Assembly: GCA_963728475.1 (NCBI GenBank)
Contig: CAVSKL010000004.1
Location: forward strand, 529,103 to 593,102
Reading direction: 5' to 3'
Source: Candidatus Eiseniibacteriota bacterium
Lineage (GTDB): Bacteria; Eisenbacteria; RBG-16-71-46; JABDJR01
Length of the DNA: 64,000 nucleotides
This document shows positions 27,089 to 37,293 of this stretch, in pieces; the stretch's first letter is position 1; each line of letters starts with the position of its first letter. Both the position numbers and the translations under genes were made by a program. The notes under the pieces are model-generated. The model had not been told where the DNA came from. It saw nothing but the letters and a program-made list of their open reading frames with translations, and made no database searches.

Positions 27089-28117
27089 CTAGGACACGAA
27101 GCGGAAGTGCACGCCGTCGCGGAGCCCGTGCCGGCCGAGCGCGTCAGCCAGGGTGCGCCGCGAGGGATCGCTGCCGTAGGCCAGGAGCCACCGGAGCCCG
27201 GGCGCGTTCCGGCCGGGAGTGAGCCGGGGGGCGGCCAATTCTCCGGGCCGGGGCGGATCGGGGAGGCCGTCGGCCCCCCGCACCTCCCGGGGACTCACCT
27301 CCACCGGTTGCACGCGGAAGCCCCGGCTCCGGAGCCCTTCGTCCCAGTCCTCCAGCGAGCGCCCCCAACCCCAGATCAGCACCGGCTCGTTCCGGGGGAA
27401 CGATCGCGAGCAGGCTTCCATGGCCACCCGCCGGAAACCGTCGCGGCTCAGCCTGGGGTCGGTCCGGGTCACCCGGTCGGGGCGTTCGCGCCACTGGTAG
27501 AGGACCCGGTTCACCTTCCCGAAACGCCACCCCGCGGCCGCGCCCCGGAGCCAGAGATCCAGGTCCTCGGGCCCGTCCACCTCGCGCCACCCGCCGATCC
27601 GCTCCAGCGACTCCCGGCGGAAGAGGGCGGTGGCGTGGGTGAGGGGGCTCTCCACCAGGAGGTTCCGCTCCAGCGCGCGGTGGATGAGAAACCGGTTCTG
27701 CCACTTCACGTACTCCCGCATGTTGTCGCTCACCGACTTTTCCGGGAACATGCGGACCCTGGTTCCCACCACGTCCAGGCCCGGGTGGCGCTCCATGTGG
27801 CGGAGCTGGCGGACCAGGCGGTCGCGGGCGCACAGATCGTCGGCGTCCATGCGGGCGATGTAGCGCCCCTCGGCCTTGGCCATGGCGGCGTTGAGGGTGG
27901 CGGCCAGGCCCGAGTAGGGACGGGCGAGGATGCGCACCCGGGGGTCGGCGCCGCCCGCCTCCTGGGCGATCCGCAGGGTATCGTCCTCGGAGCCGTCGTC
28001 GGCCACCAGCACCTCCATGTCGAGGCCGAGGTCGTGCTGTTCCAGGACGCACCCCAGGGCATGGAGCAGGGTGCCGGCGGCGTTGCGGGCGGGAAGGAGG
28101 ACGGAGACCTCGAGCAT
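27089..28117 (-). CDS. family 2 glycosyltransferase
   Basis: 342 aa. Motifs VSVLLPARNAAGTL, VLVADDGSEDDT and ARMDADD. Confidence 0.75.
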   Translation of the reverse strand: MLEVSVLLPARNAAGTLLHALGCVLEQHDLGLDMEVLVADDGSEDDTLRIAQEAGGADPRVRILARPYSGLAATLNAAMAKAEGRYIARMDADDLCARDRLVRQLRHMERHPGLDVVGTRVRMFPEKSVSDNMREYVKWQNRFLIHRALERNLLVESPLTHATALFRRESLERIGGWREVDGPEDLDLWLRGAAAGWRFGKVNRVLYQWRERPDRVTRTDPRLSRDGFRRVAMEACSRSFPRNEPVLIWGWGRSLEDWDEGLRSRGFRVQPVEVSPREVRGADGLPDPPRPGELAAPRLTPGRNAPGLRWLLAYGSDPSRRTLADALGRHGLRDGVHFRFVS

Positions 28118-28336
28118 GGGGAAGTCCGGGTTTTCCTCTCGGGGCGAGGTTCATTATCCTCGGTGGGTCGCACCCCGACCGGGGAGGGTCACGGGCCGGG
28201 AGGACCGTGGGGGGCGGCACCCCGGTGATCGGGCCGGGCGAGGGGGAGGCGTCCGGGCGCGGGTCCGGCGGCGCCTCGACGCCGCACGGTCGGCTTTAGT
28301 GTTGCAGATCGGCCACCTTCAGTCCAGGAGAACCGC

Positions 28337-29128
28337 GTGAACCACCGTCTCGCCGGCCGCACCGTGCTCGGCGTATTCGCCCACCCCGACGACGAAACCT
28401 TCGGCCCCGGCGGCACCTTGGCCCGGCTCGCCGCCGAGGGGGCCGACGTCCACCTCCTCACCGCCACCCGCGGGGAGTCGGGCACCATCGGGCCCTCCGG
28501 GGGCCTGGGCCGCCTCCGCCTGGCCGCGATCCGGGAACGGGAGCTGGTGGACGCCTGCGCGGTGCTGGGGATCCGCCCGCCGGTCTTCCTTTACCTCCCC
28601 GACTACGGCCTGGGCCGCCTGGAGGAGGAGACGCTGCTCCGCCCCATCGTCCGGGTGGTGCGCGAGGTCCGTCCCGACACCCTCCTGGTCTTCCATTCGA
28701 ACGGCATCAGCGGCCACCTGGACCACCGCACGGTCACCGAACGCACGCTCACCGCCTTCGCGCGCGCCGCCGATCCCGATTTCGCCCCCGAACTCGGCAC
28801 CCCCCACCCGGCGGCCCGGATGTGGGGCTACTGCATTCCCGAATCGCGAACCCGGAAGATCACCTGGCGCCGCGTTCACGGGGTGCCCGACGCGGAGGTC
28901 GACGCGGAGATCGATACCCGGGAGTTCCTGAAGGCGAAGCGCGAGGCGGTCAACGCCCACGCCACCCAGCGCGCGTTCATCGACGACATGGAGGCGCGGC
29001 TGGGGGGGCTCGAAGGGATCTGGTCGAGCGAGGGGTTCGTGCTGATGGCGGCGCGGGCGCCGCTCCCCGCCGGCGCCCCCCACCCGGTGGACGATCTCTT
29101 CCTGGGGATGCCCGGCGGAGCCGGCTAG
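28337..29128 (+). CDS. PIG-L/LmbE-family N-acetylglucosaminyl deacetylase
   Basis: GTG start. Motif VLGVFAHPDDETFGPGGTLA and a later HLDH. 263 aa. Confidence 0.8.
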   Translation: MNHRLAGRTVLGVFAHPDDETFGPGGTLARLAAEGADVHLLTATRGESGTIGPSGGLGRLRLAAIRERELVDACAVLGIRPPVFLYLPDYGLGRLEEETLLRPIVRVVREVRPDTLLVFHSNGISGHLDHRTVTERTLTAFARAADPDFAPELGTPHPAARMWGYCIPESRTRKITWRRVHGVPDAEVDAEIDTREFLKAKREAVNAHATQRAFIDDMEARLGGLEGIWSSEGFVLMAARAPLPAGAPHPVDDLFLGMPGGAG

Positions 29129-30174
29129 ATCTCCAGCCCGCCGCGATCCCGGCCGGATTCGGGCACGCGCACGGTGCCGTCCTCGAAGTCGATCAGGTCG
29201 TCGAACCGCCGGCGGAACTCCCCGGGGTCGTAGGGCTCGGGCCCGAGGCCCCGCACCCGCGCGTCCTCCAGCAGCGCCAGCACCCGCGCGTTCACCGGGG
29301 CGTCGATCCCGGCCTCGCGCCCCAGACGCACGATCTCGCCGTGATAGAAGTCGTTCTCCAGTCGCGGCCGCCGGTGGTGCAGGTTCTGCCAGGTGGAGTT
29401 GTACACCCCGCCCGAGGTGTCGGGCGGGCTCCCGCCGGCCCGGAAGCGGGCCAACAGCTCCTCCACCGGCTGCCCCAGGCCCGAGGCGGGTTCGGCGCGG
29501 ATCTCCGCCGCCGCGAACACCCGCTGCGCCTCCTCCAGCACCGCCACCTGCACCCGGGCGAGCGCGGGCTCGATTCCGGTCCGGCGCACCAGCACCGGCG
29601 GCCCGCTGACCAGGTTCACCAGGAGCTTGAGCGCCTTGTCCGCGCGGATGTCGGGGCTGAGGGCGGCGGTGAAGCCGGCGCCGGCGAGGTCGGCGGCCAT
29701 CTCGCGGGCCGCGTCGTCCACCCCGCCGGGATACCGGCCGAGGATGAGCTGGCCGGGACGGCGCAGCCGCACCTCGCCCGGCACCAGCAGGGTGGCGGTG
29801 AACCGCACCACGCCGCCGTAGAGCCGGGGGCAGAAGGGGAGCGCGGTCTCCTCGGCGCGGATGCCGTTCTGCCAGGTCACCACCGGGCGCGCTCCCGCCG
29901 AAGCGGCGGCGCGGGCGGCGGCGGCCACGTCGGGGGCCTGGACGGTGAGGAACACCGGCGCGCCGGAAGGGAGGCGGGCGGGGAGCGCGGTCTCCGCGCG
30001 CACCGGCGCCAGGAAGGTCTCTTCCCGGGCCACCGCGCGGATCCCTCCCTGGGCCCGGATCGCCTCCACGTGGGCGGGGCGCGCGATCACCGTGGCCGCG
30101 CGCCCGGCGCGGGCCAGGTAAGCGGCCATCGCCGAGCCCACCGCGCCCGCCCCGAAGATCACGTAGGACTTCAT
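29125..30174 (-). CDS. ketopantoate reductase (ApbA/PanE) family oxidoreductase
   Basis: 349 aa. N-terminal Rossmann motif MKSYVIFGAGAVGSAMAAYL. Converges on the deacetylase gene with a 4-nt overlap. Confidence 0.65.
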   Translation of the reverse strand: MKSYVIFGAGAVGSAMAAYLARAGRAATVIARPAHVEAIRAQGGIRAVAREETFLAPVRAETALPARLPSGAPVFLTVQAPDVAAAARAAASAGARPVVTWQNGIRAEETALPFCPRLYGGVVRFTATLLVPGEVRLRRPGQLILGRYPGGVDDAAREMAADLAGAGFTAALSPDIRADKALKLLVNLVSGPPVLVRRTGIEPALARVQVAVLEEAQRVFAAAEIRAEPASGLGQPVEELLARFRAGGSPPDTSGGVYNSTWQNLHHRRPRLENDFYHGEIVRLGREAGIDAPVNARVLALLEDARVRGLGPEPYDPGEFRRRFDDLIDFEDGTVRVPESGRDRGGLEI

Positions 30175-30235
30175 GCAGGCGATTGTAGGATTCGATCCGG
30201 CAACGTGCTACCGTGTTGTCGGGCTTGATCAAGGC

Positions 30236-32782
30236 ATGAAGCGAATCCTCCGCCTGGGCTTCTTTCTCCCGGGTCTTTTCATCATCGCGACCACGGCCCC
30301 CGGCGGGGCCTCGGCCGTGCCCGCGCCCGCTCTCGACCCGCCGCTCCGCGCCCTTCTCGCCCTTCCCGCGTCGAGCGCCCCCGGGGTGCTGCGTTCGGCG
30401 GCGGACGGGGCCTCCCGCCCTCCCATTCCCCTCTCGCTCATGAGCGCGGTGGAGTCCGGCGATCCGCCCCGGCTGGAGGTCTTCCTCCAGACCGAGCCGG
30501 GGCGCGCTCCCGGCGGCGACGGGGTGGCGGCGGTGTCGATGGGGGGCGGCCTTTACGCCGCGCGCGTCACCCTCGACGGCCTCCGGAGGCTGGTCGACGC
30601 GGGAGCGCTACGCGAGGCGCGGCTCTCACGGCCGCTCTTCCCGACCCTGGACCGGAGCACCGCGTTCCTGGGCCTGGGGCAGGTGCGCCGCATGGATCCC
30701 CAGACCGGGGAGTTCTCCGGCGCCACCGGTGACGGGGTGGTGGTGGGGATCGTGGACACCGGCGTGGACTGGAATCATCCCGACTTCCGCACCCCCGGCG
30801 GCGGTTCCCGCATCGCCTGGCTCTGGGACCAGGAGGAACCGTTCGGGACCCCCCCCAAGCCCTACGGGTTCGGGCAGGAGTACACCGGAGCCGAACTCGA
30901 CTCCCGGGCGGTGGATTCCTACGACCGGGCCGGGCACGGGACCCACGTGGCCGGAATCGCCGCGGGCAACGGACGCGGCTCCCTGGTTCCCGGCGAAGGG
31001 GTGCGGTTCGCCGGGCTCGCCCCCAAGGCGACCCTGGTGGTGGTGCGCACGAACTTCACCGAGTTCGGGGTCGCGGTGGGTGCGCGCTACGTGTTCGACA
31101 AGGCCGCGGCGATGGGCATGCCCGCGGTGCTGAACCTCAGCCTGGGGAACCACTCCGGACCGCACCTGGGCGACACTCCGTTCGAGCGCTCGCTGATGAA
31201 CCTGGTGGGTCCGGGCCATCTGATCGTGGCCGCCGCCGGTAACGACGGGGCCCGCGACATCCACGCCGAGGTTCCGGTGCCCGCCTCCGGCGCGGCGGCG
31301 CTCCGGTTGCGCTTTCCCCTTCACGGGCGCGATCCCCAGACCGTCGCCTATACCAGCATCGCGGGATGGTACGCGCCCGGCGACCGGTACCGGTTCACCG
31401 TGATCGATCCCGACGGTGTCGACTCCACCCGTTTCGAGTGGGGCGACGTGGAGAAGCGGGTGAGCTTCCGCCGCGCCGACCTCCTCGCCTCGGTGACCTC
31501 GGACGAGGGGCGCGGGACCTTCACCCTGGAGATCGCCGACTCCCCCGGCGCGGTCCGCGCCGCCACCGGCGACTGGACCGTGCGGATCGAAGCGGCGGCG
31601 CCCGAATCCGATGCGCAGGTCGACTTCTGGCTGGTCAACTGGCGGAACGACACCGGCGAGTACCCGGTGTTCCTGGACGATGTGGATCACGAGGAGACGG
31701 TGGTGGTGCCGGCCACCGCCCCTCGCATTCTGGCGGTGGGGGCGATTTCCACCCGCTCCTGCTGGACCGACTCCGCCGGCGGCGAGCGCTGCTACCCGAC
31801 CCCTCCCACCGAGGGGGACGTGGCCTTCTTCTCCAGCATCGGGCCCACCGCCGACGGGCGGGTCAAGCCCGAGATCCTGGCCCCCGGCTACGGGGTGGTC
31901 TCGGCCCGCTCCTCCACCATCTCCCCGGACTCGAGGACGCCCGCGGAGCTGGCCGCGCTCAGCACCCCCGACGGCCTGTACTGGCTGGACCAGGGGACCA
32001 GCATGGCTTCGCCGCACGTGGCCGGCACGGTGGCGCTGTTGCTCCAGCGCTTTCCGGACCTCACCTTCGACCAGATGGTGGGCCGGATCACCGCGCGCGC
32101 CTCCACCGGCGAGGATGGGCGCACCGGCAAATCCGACCGCATCCTGCGCACCGGGGACGCGGTGGCGCCCGCGGTCACCCTCAGCATCGCCGACGCCCAG
32201 GTCGAGGCCGACGGCGTCCACGTGACCTGGTACGCGGGCCGGAGCCGGGGCGAGGTCCGCTACCGGGTCTACAAGGGGTACGCCCCCGAGGGCCCGTACT
32301 TCGCCTTCGCCGGCGCCCGGGTGGGGGGCGACAACCCCTACACCCTTCTGGACCCCGATCCCGATCCCGGACGGGTGCAGCTCTACCGGATCGCCAGCGT
32401 GGACGCGGCGGGACTGGAGGAGGACCTGGATACCCTCCGGGTCCCGGTGGGTGGAAGGGCGCGGTTCGCCTTCCGCGCCCCCGACCCCAATCCCGCCCGG
32501 GACGCGGTCACCCTGCGCTTCTACGTTCCCCCCACTCCGGCGGGAGGCGCCTACGCGCTGCGCACGGTGGACGTGAGCGGCCGGCTGGTGAGCCATGAGG
32601 AGGGGAGCTTTCCCCCCGGCGGCGCCGACCTCACCCGGCGATGGGATCTGCGGGGCCTGGGGGGGAACCGCGTGGCCGCCGGGATCTACTTCGTGCGGCT
32701 CTCGGTCCGGCCCGCCGCCCCGCCCGGCGCCGCCCCGCCCGGCGCGTGGAGCGCGGTCCGGCGGGTGGTGGTCCTGCCCTGA
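30236..32782 (+). CDS. exported S8 (subtilisin-like) serine peptidase with C-terminal FlgD-Ig/T9SS-like sorting domain
   Basis: ATG at 30236 with signal peptide MKRILRLGFFLPGLFIIATTAPGGASA. Catalytic triad motifs VGIVDTGVD, HGTHVAGIAAGNG and GTSMASPHVAGT. C-terminal domain (about 32465-32782): ...DPNPARDAVTLRF...VDVSGRLV...GIYFVRL...VVVLP. Confidence 0.85.
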   Translation: MKRILRLGFFLPGLFIIATTAPGGASAVPAPALDPPLRALLALPASSAPGVLRSAADGASRPPIPLSLMSAVESGDPPRLEVFLQTEPGRAPGGDGVAAVSMGGGLYAARVTLDGLRRLVDAGALREARLSRPLFPTLDRSTAFLGLGQVRRMDPQTGEFSGATGDGVVVGIVDTGVDWNHPDFRTPGGGSRIAWLWDQEEPFGTPPKPYGFGQEYTGAELDSRAVDSYDRAGHGTHVAGIAAGNGRGSLVPGEGVRFAGLAPKATLVVVRTNFTEFGVAVGARYVFDKAAAMGMPAVLNLSLGNHSGPHLGDTPFERSLMNLVGPGHLIVAAAGNDGARDIHAEVPVPASGAAALRLRFPLHGRDPQTVAYTSIAGWYAPGDRYRFTVIDPDGVDSTRFEWGDVEKRVSFRRADLLASVTSDEGRGTFTLEIADSPGAVRAATGDWTVRIEAAAPESDAQVDFWLVNWRNDTGEYPVFLDDVDHEETVVVPATAPRILAVGAISTRSCWTDSAGGERCYPTPPTEGDVAFFSSIGPTADGRVKPEILAPGYGVVSARSSTISPDSRTPAELAALSTPDGLYWLDQGTSMASPHVAGTVALLLQRFPDLTFDQMVGRITARASTGEDGRTGKSDRILRTGDAVAPAVTLSIADAQVEADGVHVTWYAGRSRGEVRYRVYKGYAPEGPYFAFAGARVGGDNPYTLLDPDPDPGRVQLYRIASVDAAGLEEDLDTLRVPVGGRARFAFRAPDPNPARDAVTLRFYVPPTPAGGAYALRTVDVSGRLVSHEEGSFPPGGADLTRRWDLRGLGGNRVAAGIYFVRLSVRPAAPPGAAPPGAWSAVRRVVVLP

Positions 32783-32792
32783 CGGCCCCGCC

Positions 32793-34598
32793 CTAACTGT
32801 CCCGCGGCGGGGCCTCGGGTTCCGGGCCGGGCCAGAGGTCCTTGCGCCAGCCCCCTACCGCCGCCGCCCGCGCCGCCCGCCGCCGGAGGCCCCACGCCCG
32901 CCATCCCGAACCCGCCGCGGTGAGCGGACGGCGGCGAAAGCGCGCCTGGTGATAGACGGCGAGGTTGTGGAGGAAACCGGGATGGCCGGGCTCGAGCGCG
33001 GCCGCGCGGGCGGTGCAGGCGAGCGCCCGGTCGAGGTCCCCCTCGTAGAACCAGGCCGCTCCCAGGTCGCACCAGTAGCGCGCGCGGTCGGGCTCGGCGG
33101 CCACCGCCCGCTCCAGCCGGCGCCGCGCCTCCTCCGCCCGGCCCGCGCGGAGGGCCGCGACCCCCAGCAGGTAATCGAAGCCGGGGATGGGGGTGAGGGG
33201 ATCGCGCCCGGCCGCCCGCCCGTAGTGTTCGATCGCCGCCGCCGGTTGTTCCTCCACCGCCAGATCGCCCAGCCCCCGGTGCCCCCAGGGGGAGTCGGGA
33301 TGCCGGCGCGAGAGCACCTTGATCAGCCCTTCCGCCTCCACCCGGCGCCCGGACCGGCGGAGAAGATCGGCAAGCGCGTACTCCAGGACCGGGACCGGGC
33401 CGCAATCGCGGATCGCCTCGCGGAGCCGGCGCTCGGCGGCGTCGCGTCCGAGGAGGCGCTCGTCGGATCGGGCCAGGAGCTGGTGGGGAAGGGGGTCGCC
33501 GGGCCGCGCTTCCGCCGCGTCCTCGAGCAGTTTCCTCGAGGCCCCGGGAGCCAGGAGCCGGAGCGCGCCCAGCCCCGCCACCAGGAGCGTGGCCGCGGGG
33601 AGGAGCGCCAGCGGCTCCTCGAAGACGGCGGCGTAGGCGCGGCGCGCCTCCTCCGTCCGCCCCAGCTGCTCCAGGGCCTGCCCGCGGGCGGCGGTGAGCC
33701 GGGGATCGCCGGGGCCGGCGCCGATGCTCCCGTCCAGGATGCGGAGGGCGTCCTCGGGCCGTCCGCTCCGGCGATGGATCGCGGCCAGCGCGGTCACCGC
33801 GGGCACGTGGCCGGGCTCGCTCTCGAGCGCGCGGGCGAGGAGTTCCGCGCGGGCATCGTCGTCCAGGTCCGGAGCGGAGACCGCCCGGGTGTAGAGAACC
33901 TCCGGGTTCGCGGGGAACGCGGTCTCGAACCGTCCGCGCGCCTCGTCCCCGGCCTCCTCCCCCTGGAGCGCGAAGAAGGCGAAGGCGGTTTCGCGCAGGA
34001 GCCGGGGGAGGCGCGCGGGATCCGGCGCCGCCACCTCGTGCCGCCAGAGCCGGGCCATGCCCTGGAAACGGAGATGGCGGGTGAGATCCTCCAGCTCCAG
34101 GAGTGCCTCCTCGCGGCGGCCGGCTCCGGCCAGGGCCAGGGCGAGCTGGAGCCGGGTGGGGGCGTGGGTGGGCGCCACCTCCCGCGCGGCCCCGGCCAGC
34201 CGCACCGCCTCCTCCCAGCGCCCGTCCCGCGCCTCGATGGCGCCCAGTGCGGCCAGGGCGGGCGCATCCCGGGGATCGTCGTCGAGGAGGTTCCGCGCCA
34301 CCGCCCGGGCGAAGTCCGCGTTCCCGACCTCCAGGTAGCGCTCGAGGTCGCGATAGCGCGGCCAGCGGTGGAGAAAGCGGATGAGATCGGCGCGGGCGGC
34401 CATCTCGGGGTTCCGCGCCACCGCGGCCTCGAGGCCGCGCCCCAGGATCTCCAGGGAGAGGCGCGCGCGCCCGTCTCCCCCCAGAATGGACAGTTCGGGC
34501 TCGGCGGGGAGATGGAGCCGGAGGGGCAGGGAAAAGAAATCGGCGGTGCCCGGGTCGAGTTCGAAGGAAATCCAGAGGGGAGGTGAGGGGTCGGGCAT
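32793..34598 (-). CDS. tetratricopeptide-repeat (TPR) protein
   Basis: ATG at 34598 (cat at 34596-34598) preceded by GGGAGGGA; the track start 34775 is less likely. The sequence shows repeated A/L/R-rich helical hairpins, for example AEEARRRLERAVAAEPDRARYWCDLGAAWFYEGDLDRALACTARAAALEP. Confidence 0.65.
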   Translation of the reverse strand: MPDPSPPLWISFELDPGTADFFSLPLRLHLPAEPELSILGGDGRARLSLEILGRGLEAAVARNPEMAARADLIRFLHRWPRYRDLERYLEVGNADFARAVARNLLDDDPRDAPALAALGAIEARDGRWEEAVRLAGAAREVAPTHAPTRLQLALALAGAGRREEALLELEDLTRHLRFQGMARLWRHEVAAPDPARLPRLLRETAFAFFALQGEEAGDEARGRFETAFPANPEVLYTRAVSAPDLDDDARAELLARALESEPGHVPAVTALAAIHRRSGRPEDALRILDGSIGAGPGDPRLTAARGQALEQLGRTEEARRAYAAVFEEPLALLPAATLLVAGLGALRLLAPGASRKLLEDAAEARPGDPLPHQLLARSDERLLGRDAAERRLREAIRDCGPVPVLEYALADLLRRSGRRVEAEGLIKVLSRRHPDSPWGHRGLGDLAVEEQPAAAIEHYGRAAGRDPLTPIPGFDYLLGVAALRAGRAEEARRRLERAVAAEPDRARYWCDLGAAWFYEGDLDRALACTARAAALEPGHPGFLHNLAVYHQARFRRRPLTAAGSGWRAWGLRRRAARAAAVGGWRKDLWPGPEPEAPPRDS

Positions 34599-34924
34599 CA
34601 GGCCGTCCCTCCCGCGCCGGTCCGGACGGTTCGATGTCGTGACGGGTAAGTTCCGTGGTCCACAGCGCGCACCGGTCGTAGTAGGTTCCCGACGTCTCCC
34701 CGCGGCGACCGGCCGCGGGGTGGAGCGGAGGCGGGAGGTGCCGCGCACGCGGACCCCGGCACTCCCGTTCCCCAAGGGTACCTTGAGACACGCAAGCTGC
34801 GGTTGTCCATGATGTTAACCTTGCGGCCGGAACCGGGGCCGGCCCGGCGCGGCGAACCGGCGCCCACGCGGGCCGCCGCGGACCGGACCGGCCGCCGCCG
34901 GCGAGGAGGGAAAGGGGTTTGGAC

Positions 34925-34953
34925 TTGACAGCTAAGTTGTTGCCTCGTAAGGT
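34925..34953 (+). promoter_or_regulatory. sigma-70-type promoter for the folB operon
   Basis: TTGACA (34925-34930), a 17-nt spacer, then TAAGGT (34948-34953). It lies about 30 nt upstream of the GGGAGGGGA RBS and the TTG start at 34984. Confidence 0.45.
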
Positions 34954-34983
34954 TTTTGAGGCCCATCACCCGGGAGGGGAGAC

Positions 34984-35346
34984 TTGACCGCGGACCACGT
35001 CCGGCTCAACGATATCGTGCTGTTCGCCCACCTCGGGGTCACCGACGCCGAGCGCGAGGTCGGGCAGCGGATCCACATCGATCTGGACCTCTGGGTGGAC
35101 TTGACCGAGGCCGCCCGGTCGGATGCGCTGGCCGACACCGTCAACTACGAGGCGGTGTACCGGCTGGTCCAGTCCCGGGTGGAAGTCTCCCGCTGCCGGC
35201 TCCTGGAGTCGTTGGCCGAGACCTTGATCGCCGGTATCCTGGAGCGCTTTCCGGTGGAGCGGGTGGGGGTGCGCATTCGCAAACCCAACGTTCCCTTCGC
35301 GGGGAGCCTGGCCTCGGCGGAAGTGGAGCTGGTGCGAGCACGATGA
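34984..35346 (+). CDS. folB: dihydroneopterin aldolase
   Basis: 120 aa. VLFAHLGVTDAEREVGQRIHIDLDLWVD...NYEAVY is the FolB pattern. TTG start. Confidence 0.8.
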   Translation: MTADHVRLNDIVLFAHLGVTDAEREVGQRIHIDLDLWVDLTEAARSDALADTVNYEAVYRLVQSRVEVSRCRLLESLAETLIAGILERFPVERVGVRIRKPNVPFAGSLASAEVELVRAR

Positions 35347-35840
35347 CCAGAGCATTCATCGGCCTGGGATCGAACCTGGGCGATCGGGAAACCCATCTCG
35401 AACGGGCGCTGGAGGAGATCGACCGCATCCCCGCGACCGAGCTCACCCAGGTCTCCTCGTTCTACGACTCCGATCCGCTCGGGGATCCCGGCCAGCCCGC
35501 GTACCTGAACGCGGTGGCGGTGGTGGAGACCGGGCTCGCCGCCGACCGGTTGCTGTGGAACCTGCAACTCATCGAGCGGCGCCTGGGGCGTCCGGCGGTG
35601 CGGCGGCAGGCCCCGCGCACCATCGACCTCGATCTCCTCTTCTTCGGTCAGGAGGTCATCCGCGCCGCCGGGCTCGAGGTGCCGCATCCGCGCTACGCGG
35701 AACGCCCCTTCGTGCTCGTGCCCATGACCGAGATCGCTCCGACCTGGACCGATCCCCGGACGGGTCTCCGCATGGATCAACTCTTGAGGGAGCGGAAGGG
35801 ACCGGCCACCGTGCGGTGGGCCGGCCGCTACCGGCGCTGA
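35343..35840 (+). CDS. folK: 2-amino-4-hydroxy-6-hydroxymethyldihydropteridine diphosphokinase (HPPK)
   Basis: The ATG at 35343 overlaps the folB stop (ATGA). Motifs AFIGLGSNLGDR, RTIDLDLL and HPRYAERPFVLVP. Confidence 0.85.
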   Translation: MTRAFIGLGSNLGDRETHLERALEEIDRIPATELTQVSSFYDSDPLGDPGQPAYLNAVAVVETGLAADRLLWNLQLIERRLGRPAVRRQAPRTIDLDLLFFGQEVIRAAGLEVPHPRYAERPFVLVPMTEIAPTWTDPRTGLRMDQLLRERKGPATVRWAGRYRR

Positions 35841-35845
35841 GGCAT

Positions 35846-36493
35846 ATGGCGAACAAGCAGTTCGTGGTCATCGAGGGGGTCATCGGGGCGGGGAAGACCA
35901 CGCTGGCCCGCTATCTGAGCGAGACCTGGGACGCCACCCTGGTGTTGGAGGAGGTGGAGGAGAATCCGTACCTGGAGGAGTTCTACCGGGACCGGCGGCG
36001 CTACGCCTTCCAGACCCAGATCACCTTCCTCCTCAGCCGCTACCAGCAGCAGCAGAACCTCCTCCAGCGGGACATCTTCTCGCCGAGGGTGGTGAGCGAT
36101 TACCTGTTCCAGAAGGACCGGATCTTCGCCAACATCAACCTGAGCGACAAGGAACTCTACCTCTACGAGCGGCTCTTCCCCATCCTGGAGCGCGACGTCC
36201 CCACCCCGGACCTGGTGGTGTACCTGCAGGCCTCGACCGAGGTCCTGCTGGATCGGATCGGCCGGCGCGGACGCACCTTCGAACAGGACATGGACGGGAA
36301 CTACATCGAGGCCCTTAACGAGGCCTACAACTACTTCTTTTTCCACTACGACGCGACCCCGCTCCTGGTGGTGGACACCAACGGCATGGACTTCGTCAAG
36401 GACGCGGGCCAGCGCGACGACCTGATGAGCCGGATCGAGGAGCACTCCGGCGGCATCGTCTACTACAAGCCCCTCCCGGGGGACCGCGCGTGA
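35846..36493 (+). CDS. deoxynucleoside kinase
   Basis: ATG at 35846. P-loop FVVIEGVIGAGKTTLA, followed by EENPYLEEFY...AFQTQITFL and LVVYLQAS...LLDRIGRRGR, as in the dNK family. Confidence 0.8.
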   Translation: MANKQFVVIEGVIGAGKTTLARYLSETWDATLVLEEVEENPYLEEFYRDRRRYAFQTQITFLLSRYQQQQNLLQRDIFSPRVVSDYLFQKDRIFANINLSDKELYLYERLFPILERDVPTPDLVVYLQASTEVLLDRIGRRGRTFEQDMDGNYIEALNEAYNYFFFHYDATPLLVVDTNGMDFVKDAGQRDDLMSRIEEHSGGIVYYKPLPGDRA

Positions 36494-37293
36494 GCGGGCG
36501 CCGGATGTCCGCCCCCGAGTTCCGTGCGCTCAAGGGGAAGCGGAAGGCGGTGTGCCTCACCTGCTACGACGTCCTCAACGCCTCGGTGATGGACGACGCA
36601 GGCGTGGATCTGCTGCTGGTCGGCGACTCCATGGGAAACGTGGTGCTCGGTTACGACACCACCCTCAAGGTGACCCTCGACGACGTGGCCGCCCACGCGG
36701 CGGCGGTGGTGCGCGCCCGGCCGCGGGCGATGGTGGTGGCGGACATGCCCTACCTCACCTTCCACGTCGATCCCCGCGAGACCCTGCGCAACGCCGCCCG
36801 GCTGGTGGTGGAGGCGGGGGTGGACGGGGTGAAGCTCGAAGGGGGGCGCGAGCGCGTGCCGCACGTCCGCGCCCTGGTCGAGGCCGAGATCCCGGTGATG
36901 GGACACCTGGGGCTCACCCCTCAATCGGTGCTCAGGTTCGGCGGCTACCGCGTGCAGGGGCGGGGCGCGGAGGCGGCGGAGCGGCTGGCGGAGGACGCGC
37001 GGGCGCTGGAGGAGGCGGGGGTGTTCAGCATCGTGCTGGAGGGGATGCCGGGGCCGGTGGCGGAGCGGCTGACCGCCGCGGTCTCGGTTCCCACCATCGG
37101 GATCGGAGCGGGCGCGGCCACCGACGGGCAGATCCTGGTCTGGCAGGATCTCCTGGGGCTGACCCCGAGCGCCCCCCGGTTCGTGCGGCGGTACGCGGAC
37201 CTGCGCGCGGTGGTCGGCGACGCGGTGCGCCGCTACGCCGAGGACGTGCGGGAGGGGCGCTTCCCCTCCGAGTCCGAAACCTATCCCGAGTGA
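36490..37293 (+). CDS. panB: 3-methyl-2-oxobutanoate hydroxymethyltransferase
   Basis: The GTG overlaps the previous stop (GTGA). Motifs LTCYD, LLVGDSMGNVVLGY, VKLEGG and GHLGLTPQS. Confidence 0.9.
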   Translation: MSGRRMSAPEFRALKGKRKAVCLTCYDVLNASVMDDAGVDLLLVGDSMGNVVLGYDTTLKVTLDDVAAHAAAVVRARPRAMVVADMPYLTFHVDPRETLRNAARLVVEAGVDGVKLEGGRERVPHVRALVEAEIPVMGHLGLTPQSVLRFGGYRVQGRGAEAAERLAEDARALEEAGVFSIVLEGMPGPVAERLTAAVSVPTIGIGAGAATDGQILVWQDLLGLTPSAPRFVRRYADLRAVVGDAVRRYAEDVREGRFPSESETYPE